Shown here: piece after piece, positions 1 through 12,320 of the stretch
Layout: every line of letters begins with the position of its first letter
Numbering within the stretch: position 1 is the first letter of the stretch
NCBI RefSeq assembly: GCF_038025025.1
Contig: NW_027117342.1
Location: forward strand, 1,240,001 to 1,304,000
Reading direction: 5' to 3'
Length of the DNA stretch: 64,000 bases
From: Phyllosticta citribraziliensis
Taxonomy: Eukaryota
The notes under the pieces: generated by a model
Databases searched by the model: none
Told to the model about the DNA's origin: nothing
Seen by the model: the letters and a program-made list of their open reading frames with translations, nothing else
Program-made: the position numbers and the translations under genes

Positions 1-639
1 AAACAAAGCCCGCATGTGCAACCATCCAAGCCAATACAGTACACCCCCCACACTGCAAACTCCCCGACTGCATATGGTCCGCGAATGGACGCCAGCGGAG
101 ATCATGATCAGCGAGCACATGCAACACCAAAAGAGGGCCAAGAAGAGAGAGGCGACGAAACGAGACGAGACGCAGCGATATGCAGTAACTAAGCGCCCGG
201 CGACGGTGGGCCCCGTACATGAAGCTAGCAACTGCAAGGAAAGGTTCCGAACGACCCGGGACCCCATGCATTACATGCGCGCGGCGCAGCAGCAGGAAAG
301 CAATAAACGTAAACCCCAAAAATCCAATGCTGCAAAATGACAACTATCCTCCGGACCGGACCGCGTTAGAAGCATGGATGTCCCATGTATTGGTATCGAA
401 AATGCTTCAAGGTATCCTCCCGCTCTTGATGCAGTGTGACGAAGGAGAATCTCAAAGACAGGTGCACGCGTGTAATGCTTCTTGAGCAACAAATCAAAGA
501 ACAGGCCCAATCGTGCAGGACAAACTGCTTGACCGACCGGGCAAGGCCGGATAATCGGCCGGACAGACGAACCCAAAGACGATACGAATATCAGACGAGA
601 TGTCTGATACTACTGGCGCCGCCTCCTCTTCCTCTGCTT

Positions 640-2401
640 CTAATCTTCGTCGTTCGTAAGCGCAACCTTGACGCCGTTTGCGGAGCTCAGGCTGATCGTG
701 ACCATTTCGGTCCAGGGAAGCGCATCCCTGGGCTGCAGGCGCGCAAACTCCTGCACCAGGCGAATTAAGACGTACGACGCCTCCGTAAGCGCATATTGCT
801 GGCCCAGACATATCCGGGGCCCGCCGTTGAAGGGGAGGTAATCCTGTGCGGTGGCCAAGGCGGGTCAGCTATAATGCACCAACGACTGACGAGTTGAGGG
901 GTGGTTTGTTCCGTTTGTGATGGGTGGAGTGGAAAGTATGGGGGAGCAAGAGGCAGAATGTCCTGGTGACTTACCCATGCGTGTCGTCGTCCCTCCCAGC
1001 GCCCCGGTCGAAACTCTTCGGCATCCTCGCCCCACAGATCTTTCCGACGGTGCATGGCGTAGACGGCGTAGCTCACTGTGCAGCCCTTTGGCACTAATAG
1101 GGGTTCATCTCCGTTGAGACCGCCGCCGCGCGGGAGCACCGTGTCGCGCACTGCCAGGCGCGTGTTGGTAGGGATGGGCGGCCATAAACGTAAGGCTGAT
1201 TGATCGTCAGTGGATCCTTCTCGCCACAGCTTGCGAGCGGCTTTGCTCGATTTGTCGTTGCTCACTCACCTTCTTGCAGGCAATACTTGACATGCTTCAT
1301 GCTGCGGAGCTGCTCATACGATGGCGGTTTCCCTGCGAGGGAGCTCGTCTCCTCGCGTAACTTTTGCCAATCATCGGGACTTCTAGCCAACGCAAAGAAC
1401 AGGTTGCTCAGGAGGCCGGCCGTCGTATCTCTTCCAGCGATGAGGACGTTGAGTAGTTCATCCCGGATCTTGGCCTTGTCGTCTGTTGCCTGGGCCAACA
1501 TCTTGAGGAAAAAGTTTCGAGGGGCACCTTCTTCGACCTCTTCCGGATCTTTCAGATGTGGACTCTGCTTGAGTGCGACGGCTTGTTCGACAAACCTCCC
1601 AACGTAGTCCCGGCAGATCTTGTAGGCATTCTGCGCTTTGGGGTTTCTCCTGAAGCCCCTCAGGGGCCCAAGGCGGAATTGAATGGCGATTTCGCCCAGG
1701 GCGTAGTCAAAGGCGTCTTCGAAGGTGCGATCGAACTCGCTGTTCTCGCTCAAGCTGTGCACCGAATGTCCAAACAAGAAGTGAGTCGCCGAGTCAAGCG
1801 TGAAGCGGAAAAAGAGCTTTTGCAAATCGACGGTTGAGCCGTCCCGCGGTATCAGTCTCAGGAGGTCTCGCATGTGGTGCTCAAACGTTTGAATGTCTGC
1901 GACCTGATCTTTGCAAAAGTTTGGCCGCAAAAGACTGCGCGAGTGGCTCCATTCTTGTCCATCAAGTGTGAATATTCCGTTTCCAAGCATAGGCCCCATG
2001 ATAGGTGGGCGTTCACCCAGGGAGAAGTCGTTGAACCGGAGGGACAGGATCGTTTTGATATTCTCGGGCTCGATTGTCATGATGAAAGTCTTTGCTGGGG
2101 TGTGGACGCTGTAGGTATTGCCGACGTTTCGATAACGCCATGTCAATGTCTCCAGGTATTTCTTCTCTCGTGAAGCTTTGATGCTCGACCAGGTAAAGTC
2201 AAGGGGAAGTATCGGAATCTTAGAGGGATACTGGCATCGAATCGGTCGACATTCGTTTTGTGCGATGAATATCCTGCGTGCTCGGCGTCTTGAAATGTAT
2301 GAAGATAATGTGAATATGACAAACAGAACAAAAGCTCCTGCGTAAACGAATCTTCTTCCAAGCAGCCAGGGGGCAATTGCTACAGTGAGTGAGTTTTCCA
2401 T
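640..2401 (-). CDS. Cytochrome P450, CYP52-clan (alkane/fatty-acid hydroxylase-like); 3 exons (2401-1270, 1195-975, 843-640)
   Basis: [15 protein letters not shown]-helix AGRDTTA, E-A-L-R across intron 1, FRPGRW and heme motif [17 protein letters not shown] introns join three ORF-track frames in phase. Confidence 0.92.
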
Positions 2402-4415
2402 TTTTGATTATGGGAGGATTAGAGACTCAAGCCACAAAGGCGTGTCCGGAGGTCGTGGAAATTTAAAAGATACCCACACAACTCGGCTTGAAGTGTGGCC
2501 AAAAGCAGGCGCACTCACACTGGACGATATCTCATTATGCGTGGCTCGGCTGCGGTGGAGGAGGGTCATGGCAGGGGGGGCTGCATCGCGCGCATAATCC
2601 GCAGCCATTGCTCGGCAAAGGCGGCTGACTCTTACGCATGTTCGCGAGAGTGGCGCTCCTGAGCCCCAAATTCGGAGTCAGAACGGGGTGTCGTCAGATT
2701 CGTCTGTGCGACCAACTCAACGAAGTCCGCGTCCTGGCCATTGACACCAACGTCATACGTCGCGGGGCGCCCGACCAAAATACCTCCCAGCTCTGTTCGG
2801 AGAACCCGCATGTACTGGATTTCTAATAGTGAACTTGGGGCCCGGGAGCTGTGCCGCAGACGACCAGACTCAATATTCGTGTACTTGAGTTCCTCATGAA
2901 GTTTTCGCAAGCCACCCGAATGTGCTTTTCATGTGTCGTGTCTCGTTGACTTGCCGCGTGAACAGATTTTGATCTTGACACACTCGTGGATAAAAGCCAG
3001 ACGTTGACGCCGGTAGGCAGAGAAAAACAATCTTGCCTACTGATTTCAGCCACGGTGCTACGACGTCTCCGCTCGTCGAAGTGATCACCCAACCATTTGT
3101 TCAGATGATCTTTCCCGTCTTTATTCCTGTACGAGAGTGCACCCACTTGGAGCAGTCTTTAGTCCGAGTTTGATGTCCAGATTAAGAACCGTGGATGGAT
3201 GGCCCCAAGAGAGCCACCGGCTTAGCCCTGAATTGGCGGAGGCCTCAGTGTCACAGCCATGAGATTAGCTTAGGACTGGAGTTGAGGTCCAAAATAGCCG
3301 TTTTTGTTGCCTAATTTGGGCAAGGCAGAGCTTCAATTACTGTTCCACAGCCTTACGTATTGAGCGATGCAATGCGTTGACTCAAGGTCGTTTGGTTGCT
3401 CGGGTACCGAGACTCGGCTATGGTCTTTTGGATAGCGTGACTGGACGAAAGGGCTTATCTTGGACCAAGGAGATGAGAATTACGGTCGCAAAGAGAACGA
3501 TTTCTGAATTCGCTTTCCTGGATGGCCGAGACACCGAGGCAGAACTGACGAAAGTGCCCTTGTTGCCTACAATTGAGATTGCACCAAATTTGCTGCATCT
3601 TGCCATTCGCTTCCCGAAAATCGTTAGTAGAATCGTGGCCTGTCGTCAATCGCGACGGAAACATTGCGTTTTCCCGGAATCGAATTTTCTCAGCTGCGTC
3701 TGCATATCGCCGCCGAACTTTCCAGCTCGGTCTTCTCTTCACCTCTCAGCTCATCTCGCTCCCAACCCTCGAGACCACGGAAGAGCAAAGAAATGAGACT
3801 TGGTTTCCTAACGGGCGGAGCCTGCTGATCTCCACTGATCCGAATGTTGTGCCCAGAAATCCACCAGCAAGTACTCCCAACGCGACTGGTAGGCTCGACC
3901 ATGGCCGGTAGAATCCAGTGGAAGCTTGCACGTCAACGAATTGGCCGGTAGCAGCGCAGTTGATAAGGCATCCGGAGCATCGGAGATAGAGAGGGTGAGG
4001 AGTTGAAGGACAGAGACAGCAAGTTGGGGGAACAAGTAGGAAATCACAGCGCCGGCCGAAACGGCTAAACCCAAAAGAGTCTAAACCAAAGTGACCGCGC
4101 AAAAGGGGTAACTTCGGTATCCCTCCAACTTCGAACGTAGGAAACGACTTGAAAAAATAAAATGGCACTCAAGCCCACCCACCCCGAAGGAAGCTTGGTC
4201 GATTGCGTCAGTCATACCAAGTTTATCATGCCAACACCACACGGAGACACCAACTCAAGTCAAGACGGACAAGTTACATGCTATCACGGATTACCAGTTC
4301 CCTCGCCTGTCATCCATCCCATCTGCAAATGGTAAGAAAGCCTTCCGTTCGAAGCATGGGGATTCTCAACATTAGAATACATATATATATGTATATATAT
4401 AATGCGCATCGCAAC

Positions 4416-5405
4416 CTACGAAATTTGCAAAAACTCCTTGATGCCCATCGGCTTGACGAGAAAGCAAATCTGATTGCAGACTGGCTCCAGAGCTGCCTCG
4501 TCGTCAAGCATAGCAAGGTCCAATTGTGCCACCATCTTCCTATGCATCTCCAGCGGAGTCTGTCCAATCCCTTGTATTCCATCAGCTCTTCGCCACAACT
4601 CTTCCTTGCTCAAGCCGATAATCTCAAGTTCAATTCCCAACACGCTCCTCACCAGCTCAACCACGTCATCCAGCCGCATCGTCTCGCCCACCATGCTCAT
4701 CTCCTCCAGCCAACTCCCCTCAGTCAACATGCACGCCGCCGCAACGAATCGGCCCACATCATGCAGCAACGTGAAAGACACGCGCGGAAACGCTCCCGCG
4801 TCCCTCACTGGCAGCTCTGCGACGCCTTGTTGAAAATCGAACAAGAACGGCTCGTCCTGCAGACCCGCCAGCGCAACCTCGCGTGCCTCGCCCGACGCGA
4901 AAGGCCGCCCGAGCGCAAGGTAGTTCATGAAGACGCCGCACGAGAAACGCGTGCACTCGAGCCTGCTCGCTCGACACGCCGCCCAGACGCGCTCTTTCGC
5001 CACCCCGGTGATGGCGACGTCCTTCTCTGCTGCACCGAAGCCAAACTCACACGGCACGAATCGTTTGCAGCCAGCAGCTTCGGCGGCGTGCAGCAGCTGT
5101 GTCTGGACGGCCACCCATTCGTCGCTGTCGGCAACAAAAAGGACGCAGATGAGGGTGTGCACGCCAGCGAGCGCGGCTCTGAGACTGGCGGGCGACGAGT
5201 AGTCGACATAGCGCGTCTCTATTGCGGCGCCTGTGGCACTATTGATAGACGTGGAGGTTGAGAGGTTGGTCTCGAGGTCTGGAGTTGGGGTGCTTGCTGT
5301 TTGACGTGACAGGATGACCGGGGTGTTGGGCGTGAGGGATAGGGCGGAGACGATGGCGTGGCCGAGGGTCGGAGAGGAGCCGCCTGCGACTGCAATGATG
5401 GCCAT
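4416..5405 (-). CDS. NmrA-like / isoflavone-reductase-like NAD(P)-binding protein
   Basis: 329 aa ORF with N-terminal IAVAGGSSPTLGHAIV Rossmann motif, AGCKRFVPCEFG, CGVFMNYL, DVGRFVAAA. Confidence 0.85.
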   Translation of the reverse strand: MAIIAVAGGSSPTLGHAIVSALSLTPNTPVILSRQTASTPTPDLETNLSTSTSINSATGAAIETRYVDYSSPASLRAALAGVHTLICVLFVADSDEWVAVQTQLLHAAEAAGCKRFVPCEFGFGAAEKDVAITGVAKERVWAACRASRLECTRFSCGVFMNYLALGRPFASGEAREVALAGLQDEPFLFDFQQGVAELPVRDAGAFPRVSFTLLHDVGRFVAAACMLTEGSWLEEMSMVGETMRLDDVVELVRSVLGIELEIIGLSKEELWRRADGIQGIGQTPLEMHRKMVAQLDLAMLDDEAALEPVCNQICFLVKPMGIKEFLQIS

Positions 5406-5850
5406 GTCGTGATAATATCAGTGTGACCGCCGTATGTACATTCGTCTACCGAAGTGGTGGATGTTATGAGCTGAGCAGTTGAGGCAATTGCAATCTCGAC
5501 AGTAGGTTGAAGGCAGAAGAGCGGGGAAGCCTGTCACGCTTATGCGCCATGAGATTTTTCGATCGTAAGATGACGTTGTCAGGAAGGGGGAGGACGGATT
5601 GGCGATTCCATTCGCGTGCAGCAAGCTCCACTCAACACCCTGGGAAGGTCTAACTTCTGAAATTCGGAGTTTCTACAAACAAACTCTATGGATATATCCT
5701 CTTGCGTTCCTGTTGTCTTTTCTATAAGACCATAAAGACGCTCCTGCGCTATGCTGATGCTCAAAATTTCTTTCTTTGGTGTCGTGAGTGCGTTCGTTGA
5801 ATGCCAGAATTGCTTCCGTTCTCTGGAGCGATGAGGGCGGCAAAACCTCA

Positions 5851-7500
5851 TCAATGCTGACTGGGTCGATGGCGAAGGCTGCTAACGATGAAAGCAAGGG
5901 CAACAACAGCACCAAGTCCACTCAACCCAATGCCCGTGTACCACGCCCCTCTATAACCCTTCAAAGTGTCGGCATCCGTCAAGCCTCCGTTGTTGACATT
6001 CACTTCAACGGTGCCAGCGATTCCAAGGCCCCATGAGATGCTGTAGTTGACAACTGTCGTGACCAGCGATGCGGCAATTCCTTGGTGTCGCCTGGGCACA
6101 TGGTTTGACAGAATGATGGTCGCAGCTGGGAACGACATGTCCATTCCCCATGGAGTAATAAGAGTTGCCCAGAAAAGTTGCTTCCAGTATAGGCGGCCGA
6201 CGGGAAGGACAGCGAAAATGATGTTGCCGATGCAGAAAGCAATCATGGCACACATCATGATGAAGGAAGTCGGGACCTTTGACAACAGTTTGCCGACAGT
6301 GAATGCGGCGCAGATGCCCGCAACACACGTTGGCGCGAGCTGCGCGGCAACGTTGAGCGGAGTGTTTTGCTGGAGGTTGACAGTAAACTGCCAAATGTAG
6401 TAAAGCCATATGCCGAACGACGACCATCCCAAGGCCATGCACATGAGAACGAAACACACGTGACTGTCGAAACTGGCGACAGGGACAAGTGGCTGGTCGA
6501 CTCGACATTCAATGAACAAGAAGGCGACGAAGATTAGGACTCCAAGGATAAGCAACACAATAATGTAAGGCTCGGACCAGCCGACAATTGGTGCCTGGTT
6601 CCAGGCAATGTTGAACAAAACGAGTCCAAGCACTCCGGTAACGGCGCCCTTCCAATCAAAGGTTTGCTTCGTGTCTTTCTGGCTTGCCGTGTCGTCCTGG
6701 TGGAAGTAATTCGGGATGATGAAGATGGCCAGGACACCATTGACACAGCAGAAGATGGCCATGAGCCAAAATGTCCAAGGCCACCATGCAAGCTGCGCCA
6801 TGATACCAGAAAACACAGCTCCTAGGGTGAAACCGTTCGGAGCAGTGGCGCCGAAGAAGGAGAACACCATTTCCTTGCGTCGTCCAGGGGGGTACGCTTG
6901 TCCAAGAATGGCCAGTGAACTTGGGAGCAAGACGGCTGGTCCGATTCCTTGGAGGGCTCGACATATGTCCAGGAAAATTTGGGAGTGCGAGTAGACCGTG
7001 AATCCAGAGATTAGAGACCAGAAAGAGAACCAGAACCAGCCAAAAACAAATAGCTTCTTGTGACCAAACATGTCTCCCAGTCGGCCAGCGATCAGGATGA
7101 AGGTCCCAACAGTCAAACTGTGTGCGGCAGTAAACCAGCTTTGCTGCCCAGGGCTCGGGTTTCCGAAATCTTTGCTCATGATGTTCAGCGGTGCAATGCT
7201 CTCGGCGAGAGCCGCTTGGGTGAAGAGTTGAGCGCTGCTCGCCAATACGACAAAGGCAATTTCGTGGGCCAACCCCATCGGCGGTTTTGTCGATTGAACG
7301 CTGAGCCTGTGGTTTTTGTCTGGCCCAGATTCGCGCTCTGGTCCAATTTCGACATCGCTGTCGCCTGCGCTGGGCCGTCCAAAATCGCTGAGCTCTTTTT
7401 CCTCCATCGAGGTAGGTGTCGCTGGACCAGACGCGGTCGAGGAATGAAAATTCCGGCCAGCGGGACTCTGGGCCTTTTCCAGGTCTTCTGGGAACGACAT
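5851..7500 (-). CDS. MFS drug:H+ antiporter, 14-TM DHA2 family (Atr1/aminotriazole-resistance-like)
   Basis: Intronless 549 aa ORF; GRLGDMFGHKK motif A, RALQGIGPA, WGMDMSFPAATI; many hydrophobic helices. Confidence 0.92.
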   Translation of the reverse strand: MSFPEDLEKAQSPAGRNFHSSTASGPATPTSMEEKELSDFGRPSAGDSDVEIGPERESGPDKNHRLSVQSTKPPMGLAHEIAFVVLASSAQLFTQAALAESIAPLNIMSKDFGNPSPGQQSWFTAAHSLTVGTFILIAGRLGDMFGHKKLFVFGWFWFSFWSLISGFTVYSHSQIFLDICRALQGIGPAVLLPSSLAILGQAYPPGRRKEMVFSFFGATAPNGFTLGAVFSGIMAQLAWWPWTFWLMAIFCCVNGVLAIFIIPNYFHQDDTASQKDTKQTFDWKGAVTGVLGLVLFNIAWNQAPIVGWSEPYIIVLLILGVLIFVAFLFIECRVDQPLVPVASFDSHVCFVLMCMALGWSSFGIWLYYIWQFTVNLQQNTPLNVAAQLAPTCVAGICAAFTVGKLLSKVPTSFIMMCAMIAFCIGNIIFAVLPVGRLYWKQLFWATLITPWGMDMSFPAATIILSNHVPRRHQGIAASLVTTVVNYSISWGLGIAGTVEVNVNNGGLTDADTLKGYRGAWYTGIGLSGLGAVVALAFIVSSLRHRPSQH

Positions 7501-8278
7501 GGCTAGGAGTTGAGGTCAGCTCCGTATGCCGGAGGGGATGGAGAGGAAGTACCAAAAAGGGCTCCAGACCCAAGGGAGGATGTTTGGAGGTTTTGGGGCA
7601 GGGTCGACGTAGATTAATGTGGAGAATGCACAGACGAGTGGCTACTGCTCGGGGTGCTTTGGCGATGGAGCGCGTTGTGTGACGGTTTCAGGAGGACATC
7701 AGGTACATAAGTAGGGGATGTCGAGTGCTGTGGTTCGGCCAGCTCGGTGAGCAGATGCGAAGAGAAAAGAATGGTTTGGCAGCCATGACTGATATCGGAG
7801 TAAAGGGCGGAATTGAGGCGCTCCACCGCTGAAGATGGGCTTTGAAATGCGCTCTGGTGTTCTTGTGCTGCTTGCGTCATATCCAGTCAACGTTCGGCGG
7901 CTAGATTGTCGGTTGCCAGAGCCGTGTTGGGCCTGAAACGAGGCTGCGACCCGGACCGTTCAACCGTTGTTGTTCTGTCGAAGGAGTCAAAAGGCGTGCC
8001 AGGTGCATACCTACATATCATCGTGAAGGGCCTGCCACTGAGTCAGCGAGAAGCGAAGAAGCGCAGAAGGAACCATCGAAGGCGAAAGGCAGCTTTCGGA
8101 TTTAGGCCTTCGGACTTGTCGGATTTGTGCGCTGTGCGTGGCCTGGCGTGCTGGCCCGCTGTTTGTTCCTCCGATGGCGGCGTCGGCCTGTTTCCACTCC
8201 TGGCCACTCCACTCTGCACTCTCGGTCTGTTCGACGAAACATGTTCCATTGCTGCCTTTGTCAGAATTACCTACACCG

Positions 8279-9778
8279 TCACTGAGTCTTCCAGTCTGCG
8301 TCTCCTCTGTTCTCCAGGATTCTCTTGTCCGCATCCTGGTCCACGACACCAAACCCGCCCCAACCTCCGAATTCCGTGGCAAATTTGACTGCCGCTTTGA
8401 GATAGAATTCCTCGTCGCCCCAGGTTTCGGCTGCCGACTTCATCGCACGCAATGCTACACATCCATCAGTTTCGCGCTTACAACATGCTCCTCCAAGAAA
8501 CTTACCTTTGACAAAGTGCGCGTCGTTTCGCCAGTGTCCTTCAAGAGCCTGCTGGACGACAAAATCCCAACCCTGTCCTTGTCGATCAAACTTCTCGATT
8601 CGGTCCAAGTCAATCTCTGGTCGAAGCTGTGAAATGTACGTTGCGATGACAAACAACCACCACTGCCTCACAAGCGGAACGTGCCATTTGGCTGGGAACT
8701 CGGGCAGCAAATGCCGCACAGCGTGGCTCGTTGTCAAACCGTGGACGAGGAAGAAGTCGTACTTGCGCCCAGACTTGTGCGTGGCGATGACAAGGGCCAC
8801 TGCAAGCCGCTGGCATTTCTTGAACAACTCGGTCGGATCCTTGATTACCAAATCATTCCAATACTCGAGCACCGCGCCTTCGCGCTTGTCAAAAATGTCG
8901 TACGTGTTGGTGTCCCCTGTCGCTTGGAAGACATTGTCGAAACGCTTGTCGTTGGCCACATAATCTTTAAGAATGACCATTGGGTCTTCAGTCGGCCTCA
9001 CTGGAGGCTTGGTGTACGACGGATCATCCAAATAAATGTGCATCGAGTTATGGAAACAGGAGCTCAGAGTCAGTGCTTCGGGCGCCAAGGTCTTCGAGCT
9101 CAATTCGTACGCGTATTGCAAGTGGATCAAAGGATGGCCAACTGCCACTGTCAGCGTTGAAGACTTTTCCTACCGCCTCGAATAACGTACGACCGCAGAT
9201 CAAATTATTCACCAACGGCTCTTTGCCGCTGAGCAGGAATTTCTCAACCAGTTTCTTCCAGTCATTTCCCAGAGCAGCAAGCTGGTCCTCGAAAAAGTCC
9301 ATGTACGCACGCTGGTAGCTTTGATGTGCGTCAACACCAGCCGAAAACCGACATCGCGCACTTACTGCTTATTCCCCAGGAACTCTCGCCAATTAGCTTC
9401 AGTGATTTCCCCTGGAGAGTCGGTCCATGGCTCCAAAGTCTCCGATTCGACTTTGAAAATCTCCCTCAAATGGTCTGGATTGGATCCCAAAATGTAAGCA
9501 GACCCCAGAATGTGAGGCAGGTGGTTGTGGAACTCCAAATTGTGGTATATCACACTGTGTTGCGTGTGGTTCTCGTGAAGCAAGTGCTTCAGTGCCCGCG
9601 CGCTCTTTTCTGGCTTTTCCTCAAAGTCACACACCTTGTCCTTGGAAATTTTGACGCGTGAAGAGAGGAGGAGGTTTGGAAACTGATACCAGGCATAGGA
9701 AAGCATGGCGGCTGTGATGGCAGTAGCTCCCGAGTAGACAGCAACGGATTTGAACTTGTCGGAAGCAGGTCGCGCCAT
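8279..9778 (-). CDS. Questin oxidase-like (HypA/AflY-type) oxidoreductase; about 4 exons; start may be 9778 or 9706
   Basis: FHNHLPHILGSAY, HPLIHLQYAYE, YDFFLVHGLTTSHA and DAHFVK-ALRAM motifs across ORFs 9362-9958, 9048-9302 and 8279-9148. Confidence 0.85.
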
Positions 9779-10280
9779 GACTGTGGTGGCCAGTCGAACT
9801 GCAGAGCGGGCTGTCCTGCTCTCAAATATGCAGCTCAAGATTGGTTGTTTGGAGGTCGATGATGGTCCCGTGCAGGAGCTTTCCCCGCATTTTAGCTTAG
9901 CAAGTAAGTGGATGGACCCCTGCCCCTGCAGTAGGTGGAGTTTGAGAGGCGCCAACAACGGCCAAGTAACGACTACTGCTTACTTTGTTCTAGCGATTCG
10001 CCCATTTGCGCAGACTACCCAACCCTATAACCATCGCGCTTCATTACTGCCAGATACACTCTGCTCATTAAAATGCCCGAGTGTTTCGAGTCGGCCTTAA
10101 AATCGCATCAGCTCAAGATCGCACTGCCGCACTCGTGATGTGGCATACGACTAACCCAGTCCTTGTCTTAAGTTTCCGCTGTTAAAGATCAACGGCCTGG
10201 ATTTCCCTCGCTGTTTATTCTCGGTGCGCTCCAGCATCGAACGCTCCTACGTCTTCACTCGTCCACCCCCCAGCTTTGCC

Positions 10281-11686
10281 ATGGCGACGAAAAACAAGGC
10301 GGCTTGGATAAGAGCGAAACATGACAAACCTCTCCAGGTTGATACTGCTCTCCCGCCCGCACCCGGTCCTGGAGAAGTTGTCATCAGAAACGCTGCGATT
10401 GCTATCGTAAGATTCCCACGACTCAAGCCTTCTACCTACACTGTCACTAACGTGCCGCGTCCTTTCAGAATCCCATAGACTGGAAAATTCAGGTTAGTTT
10501 AAACCAGTTCCATATTGACGCTTCTCGCTGACCTCATCTCCAAAGGACTATGGTAGGGAAGACTTTCTCTCCGCCGAGCTAGGACTCTAAAGTACATAGG
10601 CTTCCTCGTCGAGCACTACCCGACAATTCTGGGCGAAGACGTCGCAGGAATTGTTCAGGATGTCGGGCCGGGTGTGATGCGACTTCGCAAAGGGCAGCGT
10701 GTTATTGGGTGAGCATTTACTCCACGTAATGTCTGGGGTGCAACGGTGTTGAAAGATCTCTCTTCCTTCGACGTCAAACATTGATGTCGTATCTGCAATA
10801 GGAATGTCCACGGCCTCGACAACGGGAACCCTGCGCAGGGCGCATTCCAGCTTTTGACGACTGCCGAAGAAACGTACATGTCACCCATTCCAGAATCACT
10901 CTCTTTCGAACGTGCAGCGGTACTGCCCTCGGCCATCTCGACCGCCTCATCTGCGCTTTACAGCAAAGCCAACTTGGCACTTCCGTTCCCATCACTGGAA
11001 CCAAAACCCTCCGGCAAGACAATCGTTGTGTGGGGCGGCGCATCATCGGTTGGGTCGACAGCAATACAACTTGCTACTGCCTCCGGGGTCACAGTTTTGG
11101 CCACGGCTTCGAAGAAGAACTTTGAATATGTCAGGAGCTTGGGCGCAAGCAAAGTCTTTGATTACAAGGACCCAAGTGTCGTTGATCAAATCCTGAGTTC
11201 TCTGATCGCAACCAGCTGTGCCCAATTTTTGGGGTCAGTCGAAGAGATACTGGGCTTGATTGATAGGCCCGAGACGGACGCGGACTTTGTTGGCGTTCTG
11301 GACGCAGTTTCGACCGATGAAACAATCGCCTGTTGGAAGACAATACTTCATCGATTCGAGAATGCGAGGGCCGTGGTGACTCTCCCTGTGCCCGCAGGTT
11401 TGGACGAATTCTTCAAGGTGACATCAGGTACGGAAAAGCCCCGAGGCCTCACCGCAGATCCACCATGCACTGACACGGTACAGTCGAAATACATTTACTG
11501 GATTCGAGAGACAAAGATGCTCGAGACGCTGTATGGCGGGACTATGTTCCAACCGCTCTCGCCACAGGCAAGCTTCAGGCAAAGCCTGAGCCAATCGTTC
11601 TTAACGGAGGGTTGGAAATGATTCAGACCGCCATGGACCGGCACAAAGCGGGAGTTTCCGCCCAGAAGGTTGTTGTGCAGCTTTAG
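10281..11686 (+). CDS. Zinc-binding alcohol dehydrogenase / MDR enoyl-reductase-like (CipB-type), multi-exon with microexons
   Basis: MATKNKAAWI..GEVVIRNAAIAI|NPIDWKIQ|DY|GFLVEHYPTILGEDVAG; VVWGGASSVGSTAIQLA; ends KVVVQL-TAG at 11684-11686. Confidence 0.88.
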
Positions 11687-12320
11687 ACGCATGATAGCGT
11701 GCCGTGCTGAGCGAGTGCTACTACGCGTTGTCTCATGAATTCTGGCGGCCCTCAAGTTCTGATGTAGTTTTGCAGGTTCGATGGATGATGAACTTCCGCG
11801 CCCAGATATTGAGGTGCTTACTTGATGCTGCCAAAGCGTCTGCTGCATTCGGAGCCCAACATTTTACTCATTCGATGCAGTTTACGAGATTTCTTGCCTA
11901 GAAGCTGAGGAGCTTAGATGATTAAATCCTTGAAAATCCGTCCGAAAGCTACCCCACTTCTTTTCGCGGGGAAGCCTTGTTTACAGCGGCGCCTGGTCTC
12001 TGGGGAGAAGCTCTGGTCCTAAGGCAGTGTCCCCTATCGGAGCCGACGGGAGTCCATATCGCTAACCGGAGACGTGCTCACCCTAGCTAGCATTGGCATC
12101 CCGCAAGCTTGCAAGTCATGCTCCCGCGCACCCGCACCAACGTCACTGATCTGCTTCCGGCAGCCAGGCCAAGAGCTCTTCTGCTCAACTATTTATTCAA
12201 ACTCCAAGATAGCAGTCGCTCTTGCCTGTACTGCGCAATCTCAAATGCCGATGTCTGCTGTGAGCCATCGTATACTGCTTCTTGTGTGATAAAACAGCAA
12301 TCCACAAGGATCCAGAAAAG

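Noticed and set aside
2632..4168. Several short ORFs between the CYP52-like P450 and the NmrA-like gene
   Set aside because: No recognisable domain or coherent splice model; could be a gene relic but not supportable by eye.
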